This document shows positions 49,050 to 61,854 of a DNA stretch of 64,000 bases, in pieces (within the stretch, counting starts at the first letter, position 1; every line of letters begins with the position of its first letter). Position numbers and translations under genes: made by a program. The DNA lies in contig NIVC01000137.1 of NCBI GenBank assembly GCA_002269645.1, forward strand, positions 559,339 to 623,338, given 5' to 3'. The notes below the pieces were generated by a model. The model had not been told where the DNA came from, did no database searches, and saw only the letters and a list, made by a program, of their open reading frames with translations. This DNA is from Macrostomum lignano (taxonomy: Eukaryota).

Positions 49050-51884
49050 ATGAAAGGGCTGAGAATGCTTCGTCTGGTTGGTGCTTTTATCTTCGCAGCA
49101 AGTCTGCGTTTCGCAGTCGCCTCAGAGACGAGACTGCCTGACAACATCAACTTCAACAGCAAAGTGGCCAGCTTGACCGCGCTGAGCCGGGACTTCCCGC
49201 CGCCACCTGCTGGAGATCCGAGCGGCTATTATCGAGCCAGCCTGCGCCCGTACCAGACTCAGCTCGAAGGATTCTTCGTGGTTGACCGGTTGGGCACCAT
49301 TTCCGCTAATCGAGACATCGATAGGGACGAGATCTGCTCAAAGCTAGACTGCTGCGGCAGCCTCGAGTGCCGGATGGAGTTCATCGCCTCAGTGACGGTA
49401 CGTCCAGCCGACTCAGCACGAACGCTCACCTTCCAGCTTGTGCTCATTGATGAGAACGACGAGGCGCCAAGCTTCCCCAACTCTGGGCCAATCGACATTC
49501 GAGAAGACGCTGTGGTTGGCTCGGACAATGTCAAACTGCCTGCAGCAGTAGACAAAGATTCCCCAGCTTTCTCAGTCAAGGCGTACAATCTCACTGACCC
49601 GACTGGTACTTTTGCTGTGGTGCTGAAATCCGGTGTTCCGCATATAAAACTGCTGCGCCCCCTAGACAGAGAGACCGAGCCGCAGTACCAGGTAACACTG
49701 CGAGCCACTGACGGCGAGCACGAGGGTTCCGTGGTCATCACAGTTCGAGTAGGCGACGTCAACGACAATCCTCCAATTTTTGACCAGGGAACGTTTGTAA
49801 AGTCAGAATTCCCCGAGAACAGAAGAGTCAACAACGACCCAATCAGTCCGCTGACCGCTAGTGACAAGGATGCAGGGCGGAACGCGAAAGTCATCTACCG
49901 CATCGCTGCGGTGGATCCGCCGACCTTAAACAGCTTTTTCGATGTTCGTATTGAAAACGGTTTCTGGGGCCTCTTTCTTAATCAGAGCTTGGACTACGAG
50001 GTACCCCAGCAGCGAACTGCCAAGGTGTTTATTGAAGCTCGCGATCAAGGCAGTCCTCCACAATCATCGACGTGTACAGTCAGCATCAGCGTCACTGATA
50101 TCAACGACAATGAGCCGGTGATTAAAGAGCTGGCGAACTATCAACTTGATGAACATCGTCCGCCGGAGGTTCTGGTCAAGGCCATCCAGGTAACTGATGC
50201 AGATGCTGTGTCTATCGGCAAGGTGCAGTGCATGCTTGAGTCAAATCCCAAGTTTAAGTTGGAAAGGAACACAATATCCAGTCCCACTGACATTGTGGAG
50301 CAAGCAACCTACAACATGTACAGCACCACCACCTTCGACTATGAGGTAGCCCAGGAGGAAAAGGTGGACATTAAGTGTCTGGACAATGCATCGCCAGTAA
50401 GGACCACGCGACAGTCGTTCATCATACCGATTCGTGAGACGAACGATGACCCACCGAAATTCATCTCAAAAAGCTACTTCAAGCAGGTGGATGAAGACCT
50501 TTCAGTGAACAGGCAAGCGTTAAAGGTGAGCGCAACCGATCGCGATAAAGGCTTCTACGGCGAAATCGAATACTTGCTTGACGAGATCGGGCAGCGCAAC
50601 TTCACTGTCGATAGCGAAGGCAGCATCAAAGTCAAAGTGCCATTGGACCGTGAGACCGCAAAAAACCTGCGCTTCAACGTCATAGCTAGAGACCGAGGCA
50701 ACCTGTCGGACACAGCGACAGTTGTCATTGAGCTTCTCGACGTCAACGACAATGACCCCTACTACACCGGTCCCTTGACTGCCAGCGTGCAGGAAAACAG
50801 CCCGCCAGGCACCCCGGTAGCTCAAGTGTCTTTCGCCGACCCGGATTTAGGCGAGAATGGCACGGTCGATTTCGATCTGAGCAGCAGCGAAGAGCATCGC
50901 CCAGTCAACGAGTACTTCAGCCTGCATCGCAACGGCACCCTGACGGTCAGAAAGCCAATCGACAGGGAGACTTGGTCAAGCATGCCCGTGGCGCTAACCG
51001 CCTGGGACATGGGATTGCGAAGGAGAAGCTCAACGGCTGTGCTGACAGTCAACATCGGCGACGTCAACGACTGTCCACCAACGGTGGTTAAGCCACGACC
51101 TGGAGCACTACTAGGCATCGGCAATGTCTTCTACACAAACGTACCCCGCAAGACCCTTCTGATAACTGTCGAGGCTGAGGACAAAGACGCTGGAGAGAAT
51201 CGTACAGTCGACTACCGCCTGCTGGCGTCCAATGCCAGCTCCCTCTTCGACATCGACAGGCAGAGTGGCGAGATTCACTCGGTGTGGCGGCCCGAGGAGG
51301 CTCCCCCGATGCCCGGGCTGTACTACCTCACCGTGCAGGTGACCGACCGAGGCAGCCGTGTGCGACTGAGCAGCGAGACCACATTCTACGTGCGACTGAC
51401 AGCTCCGCCTGAGGCTCAATTCGCCTCGGCCGGCATCAGCGGCCTCATCATCCTGATTCTCATCATCGCCGGCACGGTGGTCATCGCTGTTGGCCTCATC
51501 GTGGCGATTTGCTACGTGCGCGGCCGGGCAGACAGTCCGGACGACCTTGGCGCTGGCGTCGCCGAGGCAGGCGCCTCCGATCTGGCCGAGGCGCGCTTGA
51601 AGATGCGCGCTAACGCTGAGGATTTCCATGGCTACCACCGGGAGAGCCCCGTGCCGCCCTACGATGCCCGACTGCTGCACCAGCAGCAGCACCAGTGCCA
51701 GCACCAGCTGCAGCACCTGTTGCAGCATCAGCATCAGCCGCCTCACGGCTCCTTGAAGCGGCACCAGCAGGATTATTACGCCTGGTCGCGGCCGGGCTCC
51801 CCGCTGACAATGATGTCGTTGCAGCAGCAGCAGCAGCAACAACACGGAGACGACATTAAGCAGGTGAGACAACCGGGCCGGTAG
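49050..51884 (+). CDS. Protocadherin with 7 cadherin repeats (delta-like); signal, ectodomain, TM and start of tail in one large exon
   Basis: Signal peptide; EC1 with IDRDEIC...C...C; seven EC repeats with DRE/DYE, DxD and DxNDN motifs; TM ISGLIILILIIAGTVVIAVGLIVAICYV; Q/H-rich tail. Strong donor CAG|GTGAG after 51863 suggests further 3' exon(s), unresolved. Confidence 0.95.
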   Translation: MKGLRMLRLVGAFIFAASLRFAVASETRLPDNINFNSKVASLTALSRDFPPPPAGDPSGYYRASLRPYQTQLEGFFVVDRLGTISANRDIDRDEICSKLDCCGSLECRMEFIASVTVRPADSARTLTFQLVLIDENDEAPSFPNSGPIDIREDAVVGSDNVKLPAAVDKDSPAFSVKAYNLTDPTGTFAVVLKSGVPHIKLLRPLDRETEPQYQVTLRATDGEHEGSVVITVRVGDVNDNPPIFDQGTFVKSEFPENRRVNNDPISPLTASDKDAGRNAKVIYRIAAVDPPTLNSFFDVRIENGFWGLFLNQSLDYEVPQQRTAKVFIEARDQGSPPQSSTCTVSISVTDINDNEPVIKELANYQLDEHRPPEVLVKAIQVTDADAVSIGKVQCMLESNPKFKLERNTISSPTDIVEQATYNMYSTTTFDYEVAQEEKVDIKCLDNASPVRTTRQSFIIPIRETNDDPPKFISKSYFKQVDEDLSVNRQALKVSATDRDKGFYGEIEYLLDEIGQRNFTVDSEGSIKVKVPLDRETAKNLRFNVIARDRGNLSDTATVVIELLDVNDNDPYYTGPLTASVQENSPPGTPVAQVSFADPDLGENGTVDFDLSSSEEHRPVNEYFSLHRNGTLTVRKPIDRETWSSMPVALTAWDMGLRRRSSTAVLTVNIGDVNDCPPTVVKPRPGALLGIGNVFYTNVPRKTLLITVEAEDKDAGENRTVDYRLLASNASSLFDIDRQSGEIHSVWRPEEAPPMPGLYYLTVQVTDRGSRVRLSSETTFYVRLTAPPEAQFASAGISGLIILILIIAGTVVIAVGLIVAICYVRGRADSPDDLGAGVAEAGASDLAEARLKMRANAEDFHGYHRESPVPPYDARLLHQQQHQCQHQLQHLLQHQHQPPHGSLKRHQQDYYAWSRPGSPLTMMSLQQQQQQQHGDDIKQVRQPGR

Positions 51885-52830
51885 ACAGGGAGGGGCAGGA
51901 ACCGGAATGAGTGGTAATTATTAACACCCATACAGCTGAAGGGCCGTGTTTGTTCTGCGTGACTTTGCTAATTAAGCAGCGGGAGGTCCGGCATATTCCG
52001 GCGACTCTGAACAGCCCCCGAGTACCCTCCAGAGCGGCTTCGGATCTTGGCTAGAAGCAGAAGTTCGTGCTGTACATTAATTTTCAGTCCACTTCAGGGC
52101 CAGCGTGAGATCTCAGACGAGCTCGAGTTGCAGCTCCGCCTCACATCCAGCCTCGACCCCTGGCGAGTATTCAGACTTGCTAAAAAAGCCATGCGGCTAC
52201 TCGGATAGGGCGCGGGCAACTCAAACTCAACTTAACACCCGAGACAGGGCCTTAAGGGTTGAAGTGAAAAGAGAGAGAGGGAAAGCCTGAGCTGTATGGC
52301 TCTGGCGTGTTTTGAGTCAGGATTTGTCACGCCTGTGCACCTGATTTAATTAATTCCTTCCTTCCTCCCCTTCGGCCCCACCAACCCAGCCAGCCCAAAA
52401 ACAACCGAGCAAAGCAAAGAAATTTCGAATCGCCTCTCCTGCTTGCCTCTTCCCCCGTCTCCACTTTCTATTGAGACGTTTCTTCCTGCGTAGCAATTGC
52501 ATCCGAGTGTCGAGAGGTCTTTGGCAAAATTTTTATTTTCACTTTTTTTTAGGCTGAAAATGGGCAGGCCAGAAAAACATATCAGACTTTATTGAGCTCT
52601 CGCTTCAACTGCGGACTGAGCAGAATTTATGCGAGGTCACGAACAAATTTGCTCAATTTTGCAGGTCAGTCTGGAGTGAAGCCAAAAATACTCAACTGCA
52701 AGGGTGACACGTTGATTGATTAGGTGTAACGGCAATTAATGACTAGAATCATCTTCAGGCTTTTTATTATTGGATTAAGATTGTGGCAATCTGATAAGGA
52801 ACCTGACAGACATTCAAAATTTTACGGAAG

Positions 52831-55800
52831 GCTATTCTGACACCCTCCTGACAGCTACTCTGACACCCTCCTGACAGCTACTCTGACATCCTCCTGACAG
52901 CTACTCTGACATCCTCCTGACAGCTACTCTGACATCCTCCTGACAGCTACTCTGACATCCTCCTGACTGATACTCTGACATCCTCCTGACAGCTACTCTG
53001 ACATCCTCCTGACAGCTACTCTGACATCCTCCTGACTGATACTCTGACATCCTCCTGACTGATACTCTGACATCCTCCTGACTGATACTCTGACATCCTC
53101 CTGACTGATACTCTGACATCCTCCTGACAGCTACTCTGACATCCTCCTGACAGCTACTCTGACATCCTCCTGACTGATACTCTGACACCCTCCTGACAGC
53201 TACTCTGACATCCTCCTGACTGATACTCTGACATCCTCCTGACAGCTACTCTGACACCCTCCTGACTGATACTCTGACACCCTCCTGACAGCTACTCTGA
53301 CATCCTCCTGACTGATACTCTGACATCCTCCTGACTGATACTCTGACATCCTCCTGACTGATACTCTGACATCCTCCTGACTGATACTCTGACATCCTCC
53401 TGACAGCTACTCTGACACCCTCCTGACAGCTACTCTGACACCCTCCTGACTGATACTCTGACACCCTCCTGACAGCTACTCTGACATCCTCCTGACTGAT
53501 ACTCTGACACCCTCCTGACAGCTACTCTGACATCCTCCTGACAGCTACTCTGACATCCTCCTGACTGATACTCTGACATCCTCCTGACAGCTACTCTGAC
53601 ACCCTCCTGACAGCTACTCTGACACCCTCCTGACAGCTACTCTGACACCCTCCTGACAGCTACTCTGACATCCTCCTGACTGATACTCTGACATCCTCCT
53701 GACTGATACTCTGACATCCTCCTGACTGATACTCTGACATCCTCCTGACAGCTACTCTGACACCCTCCTGACAGCTACTCTGACATCCTCCTGACAGCTA
53801 CTCTGACATCCTCCTGACTGATACTCTGACACCCTCCTGACAGCTACTCTGACACCCTCCTGACTGATACTCTGACATCCTCCTGACAGCTACTCTGACA
53901 CCCTCCTGACTGATACTCTGACATCCTCCTGACAGCTACTCTGACACCCTCCTGACAGCTACTCTGACATCCTCCTGACAGCTACTCTGACACCCTCCTG
54001 ACAGCTACTTTGACATCCTCCTGACTGATACTCTGACATCCTCCTGGCAGCTACTCTGACACCCTCCGGACAGCTACTCTGACATCCTCCTGACAGCTAC
54101 TCTGACACCCTCCTGACTGATACTCTGACATCCTCCTGACTGATACTCTGACATCCTCCTGACTGATACTCTGACATCCTCCTGACAGCTACTCTGACAC
54201 CCTCCTGACAGCTACTCTGACACCCTCCTGACAGCTACTCTGACACCCTCCTGACAGCTACTCTGACATCCTCCTGACTGATACTCTGACATCCTCCTGA
54301 CTGATACTCTGACATCCTCCTGACTGATACTCTGACATCCTCCTGACAGCTACTCTGACACCCTCCTGACAGCTACTCTGACACCCTCCTGACAGCTACT
54401 CTGACATCCTCCTGACTGATACTCTGACATCCTCCTGACTGATACTCTGACATCCTCCTGACTGATACTCTGACATCCTCCTGACAGCTACTCTGACATC
54501 CTCCTGACTGATACTCTGACATCCTCCTGACAGCTACTCTGACACCCTCCTGACAGCTACTCTGACACCCTCCTGACAGCTACTCTGACACCCTCCTGAC
54601 AGCTACTCTGACATCCTCCTGACTGATACTCTGACATCCTCCTGACTGATACTCTGACATCCTCCTGACTGATACTCTGACATCCTCCTGACAGCTACTC
54701 TGACACCCTCCTGACAGCTACTCTGACATCCTCCTGACAGCTACTCTGACATCCTCCTGACTGATACTCTGACACCCTCCTGACAGCTACTCTGACACCC
54801 TCCTGACAGCTACTCTGACATCCTCCTGACAGCTACTCTGACATCCTCCTGACAGCTACTCTGACACCCTCCTGACTGATACTCTGACATCCTCCTGACA
54901 GCTACTCTGACACCCTCCTGACAGCTACTCTGACATCCTCCTGACAGCTACTCTGACACCCTCCTGACAGCTACTCTGACATCCTCCTGACTGATACTCT
55001 GACATCCTCCTGGCAGCTACTCTGACACCCTCCGGACAGCTACTCTGACATCCTCCTGACAGCTACTCTGACACCCTCCTGACTGATACTCTGACATCCT
55101 CCTGACTGATACTCTGACATCCTCCTGACAGCTACTCTGGCACCCTCCTGACAGCTACTCTGACATCCTCCTGACTGATACTCTGACATCCTCCTGACAG
55201 CTACTCTGACATCCTCCTGACTGATACTATGACATCCTCCTGACAGCTACTCTGACACCCTCCTGACAGCTACTCTGACACCCTGACAGCTACTCTGGCA
55301 CCTCCTGACAGCTACTCTGACATCCTCCTGACTGATACTCTGACATCCTCCTGACTGATACTCTGACATCCTCCTGACAGCTACTCTGACATCCTCCTGA
55401 CTGATACTCTGACACCCTCCTGACTGATACTCTGACATCCTCCTGACAGCTACTCTGGCACCCTCCTGACAGCTACTCTGACATCCTCCTGACTGATACT
55501 CTGACATCCTCCTGACAGCTACTCTGACATCCTCCTGACTGATACTCTGACATCCTCCTGACAGCTACTCTGACACCCTCCTGACAGCTACTCTGACACC
55601 CTCCTGACAGCTACTCTGGCACCCTCCTGACAGCTACTCTGACATCCTCCTGACTGATACTCTGACATCCTCCTGACTGATACTCTGACATCCTCCTGAC
55701 TGATACTCTGACATCCTCCTGACTGATACTCTGACACCCTCCTGACTGATACTCTGACATCCTCCTGACTGATACTCGGATATCCTTCTGACAGCTACTC

Positions 55801-55907
55801 TGACACCCTCATGACAGATACTCTGTCACCCTCCTGACAGCTACTCTGACACCCTCATGACAGCTACTCTGACACCCTCCTGACAGCTACTCTGACACCC
55901 TCCTGAC
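52831..55907. repeat. 23-bp minisatellite with variant-repeat structure
   Basis: Unit CTGACA(T/C)CCTCCTGAC(AGC/TGA)TACT, about 134 copies. Confidence 0.97.
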
Positions 55908-56954
55908 TCTCCATTCTGTCATATTTGTATTTGATTAAGATGACAATGCTCCATTTGACACCGTCTCCGCCAATCACCCCTATCAGATGTTAATATTCCT
56001 ACCGTAAAATGCAAGAAATTAAAAGTACAAATATTCACTAACAGCCAGATAGCTGTATCAGTTATATGCTAGCCAAGGTAGGTTATCAATGAGATCGCTA
56101 TTCACAGGCAGGGACACATTTATGCGTTAGAATTTGGAATTTGAGCACCTTGGGGAACGTCAGGTAAATGTGATGGGGGACGGAGCTTGAGCAGGTCAAG
56201 CGAGCAGCGCGTCACTAAGGGAGGGGGGACACAAGGCGCACCTGTAGATTATGGAAAAAACTAAGCAAGAAATGCAGGAAAGGAAGAGAAGGCAGCAGAC
56301 GGATGAAGGCAGCCTCAGAGAGTCTGAGACGAAAAGGAAAAGGTAGAGAGGATGTGGGAGACGCGTCAGAAGGAAGAGCTTGCAGGATGATTGTGAATTG
56401 TGATTTTTTTGCAACTATTGACACAATATGGAATATTAGATTATAGAAAAGGTCTCGATAAAGCCAAGCATTTATCATGCCATCCTCTTTAAGATTAGGC
56501 GTGTCAAGAGCATCCCAAGTGGGATTTGAGAAAATCTGCTCCAAAGGGATCAGGCAGATGGCGCGTTTCTTTTGTGCTTAATTAAAGAAATTTTTCATAT
56601 GTAGGGAAAGCTTTTGATTTTCGCTTTGAGCCTTTGAAAATTGTATGTGCGATTAGCCAAGCAAATTCCCGTGACTGTCTGAGCTGGCACGTGCCAAGGA
56701 TCGATTTGTGAGCTCTGCGGGTGCCTCAAAACTGAAATATGAGCAACTGCATCTGGTGTCAGTGCGTGGCAGATTGCTGATTGGGTCGCTGGGAACTCAT
56801 TCATCCAATCAATTGGAATAATTGCGATATCTAGCTAGCATCATCTTTTTGGTTATTAACCTAGAATCTGATAGGCACTCGGCATTTCACTTTAGCAAAC
56901 ATAATAAAAAGATAAAGTTACATTGGTGAACCGTTCCTAACAAATCGTGGTGAC

Positions 56955-59900
56955 TACTACTCTGTCTACTCCCTCTCTCCACCCTCTGTCTACTCCTCTC
57001 TCTCCACCCTCTGTCTACTCCCTCTCTCCACCCTCTGTCTATCTCTCTCTCCACCCTCTGTCTACTCCTCTCTCCACCCTCTGTCTACTTTCCGTCTCTC
57101 CACCCTCTGTCTACTCCCTCTCTCCACCCTCTGTCTCTTTCCCTCTCTCCACCCTCTGTCTACTCCTCTCTCCACCCTCTGTCTTACTCCTCTCTCTCCA
57201 CCCTCTGTCTACTCCTCTCTCTCCACCCTCTGTCTACCTCCCTCTCTCCACCCTCTGTCTACTTTCCGTCTCTCCACCTCTGTCTACTCCTCTCTCTCCA
57301 CCCTCTGTCTACTCCTCTCTCTCCACCCTCTGTCTACTCCTCTCTTCCACCCTCTGTCTACTTTCCGTCTCTCCACCCTCTGTCTACTCCCTCTCTCCAC
57401 CCTGTCTACTTTCCGTCTCTCCACCCTCTGTCTACTCCTCTCTCCACCCTCTGTCTACTTTCCGTCTCTCCACCCTCTGTCTACTCCCTCTCTCCACCCT
57501 CTGTCTACTCCTCTCTCTCCACCCTCTGTCTACTCCTCTCTCCACCCTGTCTACTTCCCTCTCTCCACCCTCTGTCTACTCCCTCTCTCCACCCTCTGTC
57601 TACTCCTCTCTCTCACCCTCTGTCTACTCCCTCTCCACCCTCTGTCTACTCCTCTCTCTCCACCCTCTGTCTACTCCCTCTTCTCCACCCTCTGTCTACT
57701 CCTCTCTCTCCACCTCTGTCTACTTTCCCTCTCTCCACCCTCTGTCTAATCCTCTCTCCACCCTCTGTCTACTCCCTCTACCCTCTGTCTACTCCCTCTC
57801 TTCACACTCTGTCTACTCCTCTCTCTCCACCCTCTGTCTACTTTCCCTCTCTCCACCCTCTGTCTACTCCTCTCTCTCCACCCTCTGTCTACTCCTCTCT
57901 TCACACTCTGTCTACTCCTCTCTCCACCCTCTGTCTACTCCCTCTCTCCACCCTCTGTCTACTCCTCTCTCTCCACCCTCTGTCTACTTTCCGTCTCTCC
58001 ACCCTCTGTCTACTCCTCTCTCCCCTCTGTCTACTCCTCTCTCTCCACCCTCTGTCTACTCCCTCTCTCCACCCTCTGTCTACTTTCCCTCTCTCCACCC
58101 TCTGTCTACTCCCTCTCTCCACCCTCTGTCTACTCCTCTCTCTCCACCCTCTGTCTACTCCCTCTCACCCTCTGTCTACTCCTCTCTCTCCACCCTCTGT
58201 CTACCTCCCTCTCTCCCTCTCTCCACCCTCTGTCTACTCCTCTCTCTCCACCCTCTGTCTACTTTCCCTCTCTCCACCCTCTGTCTAATCCTCTCTCCAC
58301 CTCTGTCTACTCCCTCTTACCTCTGTCTACTCCCTCTCTCCACCCTCTGTCTACTCCTCTCTCCACCCTCTGTCTACTCCCTCTCTCTACCCTCTGTCTA
58401 CTCCTCTCTCTCCACCCTCTGTCTACTCCCTCTCTTCACCCTCTGTCTACTCCCTCTCTTCACACTCTGTCTACTCCCTCTCTCCACCCTCTGTCTACTC
58501 CCTCTCTTCACCCTCTGTCTACTCCCTCTCTCCACCCTCTGTCTACTCTCTCTCTCCACCCTCTGTCTACTCCTCTCTCTCCACCTCTGTCTACTCCTCT
58601 CTCTCCACCCTCTGTCTACTTTCCCTCTCTCCACCCTCTGTCTACTCCTCTCTCCACCCTCTGTCTACTCCCTCTCTCCACCCTCTGTCTACTCCCTCTC
58701 TTCACACTCTGTCTACTCCCTCTCTCCACCCTCTGTCTACTCCCTCTCTCCACCCTCTGTCTACTTTCCGTCTCTCCACCCTCTGTCTACTCCCTCTCTC
58801 CACCCTCTGTCTACTTTCCCTCTCTCCACCCTCTGTCTACTCCCTCTCTCCACCCTCTGTCTACTCCTCTCTCTCCACCCTCTGTCTACTCCTCTCTCTC
58901 CACCCTCTGTCTACTCCCTCTCTCCACCCTCTGTCTACTTTCCGTCTCTCCACCCTCTGTCTACTCCTCTCTCTCCACCCTCTGTCTACTCCTCTCTCTC
59001 CACCCTCTGTCTACTCCTCTCTCTCCACCCTCTGTCTACTTTCCCTCTCTCCACCCTCTGTCTACTCCCTCTCTCCACCCTCTGTCTACTTTCCGTCTCT
59101 CCACCCTCTGTCTACTCCCTCTCTCCACCCTCTGTCTACTTTCCGTCTCTCCACCCTCTGTCTACTCCCTCTCTCCACCCTCTGTCTACTCCTCTCTCTC
59201 CACCCTCTGTCTACTCCCTCTCTCCACCCTCTGTCTACTTTCCCTCTCTCCACCCTCTGTCTACTCCCTCTCTCCACCCTCTGTCTACTCCTCTCTCTCC
59301 ACCCTCTGTCTACTCCCTCTCTCCACCCTCTGTCTACTTTCCCTCTCTCCACCCTCTGTCTACTCCCTCTCTCCACCCTCTGTCTACTCCTCTCTCTCCA
59401 CCCTCTGTCTACTTTCCCTCTCTCCACCCTCTGTCTAATCCTCTCTCCACCCTCTGTCTACTCCCTCTACCCTCTGTCTACTCCCTCTCTTCACACTCTG
59501 TCTACTCCTCTCTCTCCACCCTCTGTCTACTTTCCCTCTCTCCACCCTCTGTCTACTCCTCTCTCTCCACCCTCTGTCTACTCCCTCTCTTCACACTCTG
59601 TCTACTCCCTCTCTCCACCCTCTGTCTACTCCCTCTCTCCACCCTCTGTCTACTCCTCTCTCTCCACCCTCTGTCTACTTTCCGTCTCTCACCCTCTGTC
59701 TACTCCCTCTCTCCACCCTCTGTCTACTCCTCTCTCTCCACCCTCTGTCTACTCCCTCTCTCCACCCTCTGTCTACTCCTCTCTCTCCACCCTCTGTCTA
59801 CTCCCTCTCTCCACCCTCTGTCTACTCCTCTCTCTCCACCCTCTGTCTACTTTCCCTCTCTCCACCCTCTGTCTAATCCTCTCTCCACCCTCTGTCTACT

Positions 59901-60862
59901 CCCTCTACCCTCTGTCTACTCCCTCTCTTCACCCTCTGTCTACTCCCTCTCTTCACACTCTGTCTACTCCCTCTCTCTACCCTCTGTCTACTCCTCTCTC
60001 TCCACCCTCTGTCTACTCCCTCTCTTCACCCTCTGTCTACTCCCTCTCTTCACACTCTGTCTACTCCCTCTCTCCACCCTCTGTCTACTCCCTCTCTTCA
60101 CACTCTGTCTACTCCCTCTCTCCACCCTCTGTCTACTCCTCTCTCTCCACCCTCTGTCTACTCCTCTCTCTCACCCTCTGTCTACTCCTCTCTCTCCACC
60201 CTCTGTCTACTTTCCCTCTCTCCACCCTCTGTCTACTCCTCTCTTCACCCTCTGTCTACTCCCTCTCTCCACCCTCTGTCTACTCCCTCTCTTCACACTC
60301 TGTCTACTCCCTCTCTCCACCCTCTGTCTACTCCCTCTCTCCACCCTCTGTCTACTCCCTCTCTTCACACTCTGTCTACTCCCTCTCTCCACCCTCTGTC
60401 TACTCCTCTCTCTCCACCCTCTGTCTACTCCCTCTCTTCACACTCTGTCTACTCCCTCTCTCCACCCTCTGTCTACTCCTCTCTCTCCACCCTCTGTCTA
60501 CTCCTCTCTCTCCACCCTCTGTCTACTCCCTCTCTCCACCCTCTGTCTACTTTCCCTCTCTCCACCCTCTGTCTACTTTCCCTCTCTCCACCCTCTGTCT
60601 ACTCCCTCTCTCCACCCTCTGTCTACTCCCTCTCTTCACACTCTGTCTACTCCCTCTCTCCACCCTCTGTCTACTCCTCTCTCTCCACCCTCTGTCTACT
60701 CCCTCTCTTCACACTCTGTCTACTCCCTCTCTCCACCCTCTGTCTACTCCTCTCTCTCCACCCTCTGTCTACTCCTCTCTCTACCCTCTGTCTACTCCTC
60801 TCTCTACCTCTGTCTACTCCTCTCTTCACACTCTGTCTACTCCCTCTCTCAACCTACTGTCT
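56955..60862. repeat. Pyrimidine-rich 21-24-bp minisatellite
   Basis: Unit about CTCTCTCCACCCTCTGTCTACTC, 3.9 kb; source of the 1329-aa pseudo-ORF. Confidence 0.97.
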
Positions 60863-61298
60863 GCTTTCTCTCAATCAGTTTATGTGTCTTCTTTCTCCTA
60901 TCTTCTAGCTGTTTTTTTGACCTCAGTAAAAAATGAATGCTTCTTATTCATGTCTTGATATCTCCATTTCATATGTGACCTTTAAAGCCGATTGCTTTTA
61001 AAAAAGATACAAAATCAAGGAGTTTTGCCGGCGCTCATTTGTCTTTGATCTGTGATAAAAAATTTTTGACCCTCAAAGCTTCGGTCAGAAGGATTCAAAA
61101 TTCAATGCGGTTCAGATCTTTCAAGTCGAGCCAAAGTCAACAGCTGACGCGTTCGGATGCAGTTGCTTGGCTAGGAAAAACTTTAATCAAGACTTTGGCA
61201 ATAAGTAAGTTTAAACAATTAAAGCATTGATATTTTGGGGTCAAAGGTTACATAAATTATATTTAGTTTGAGATAAAAAGGTTGGTGATAGACACATC

Positions 61299-61854
<556 letters not shown>

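Noticed and set aside
56947-60936. 1329-aa S/P/L-rich ORF
   Set aside because: Translation of the pyrimidine-rich minisatellite; unit length is variable and not a multiple of 3.
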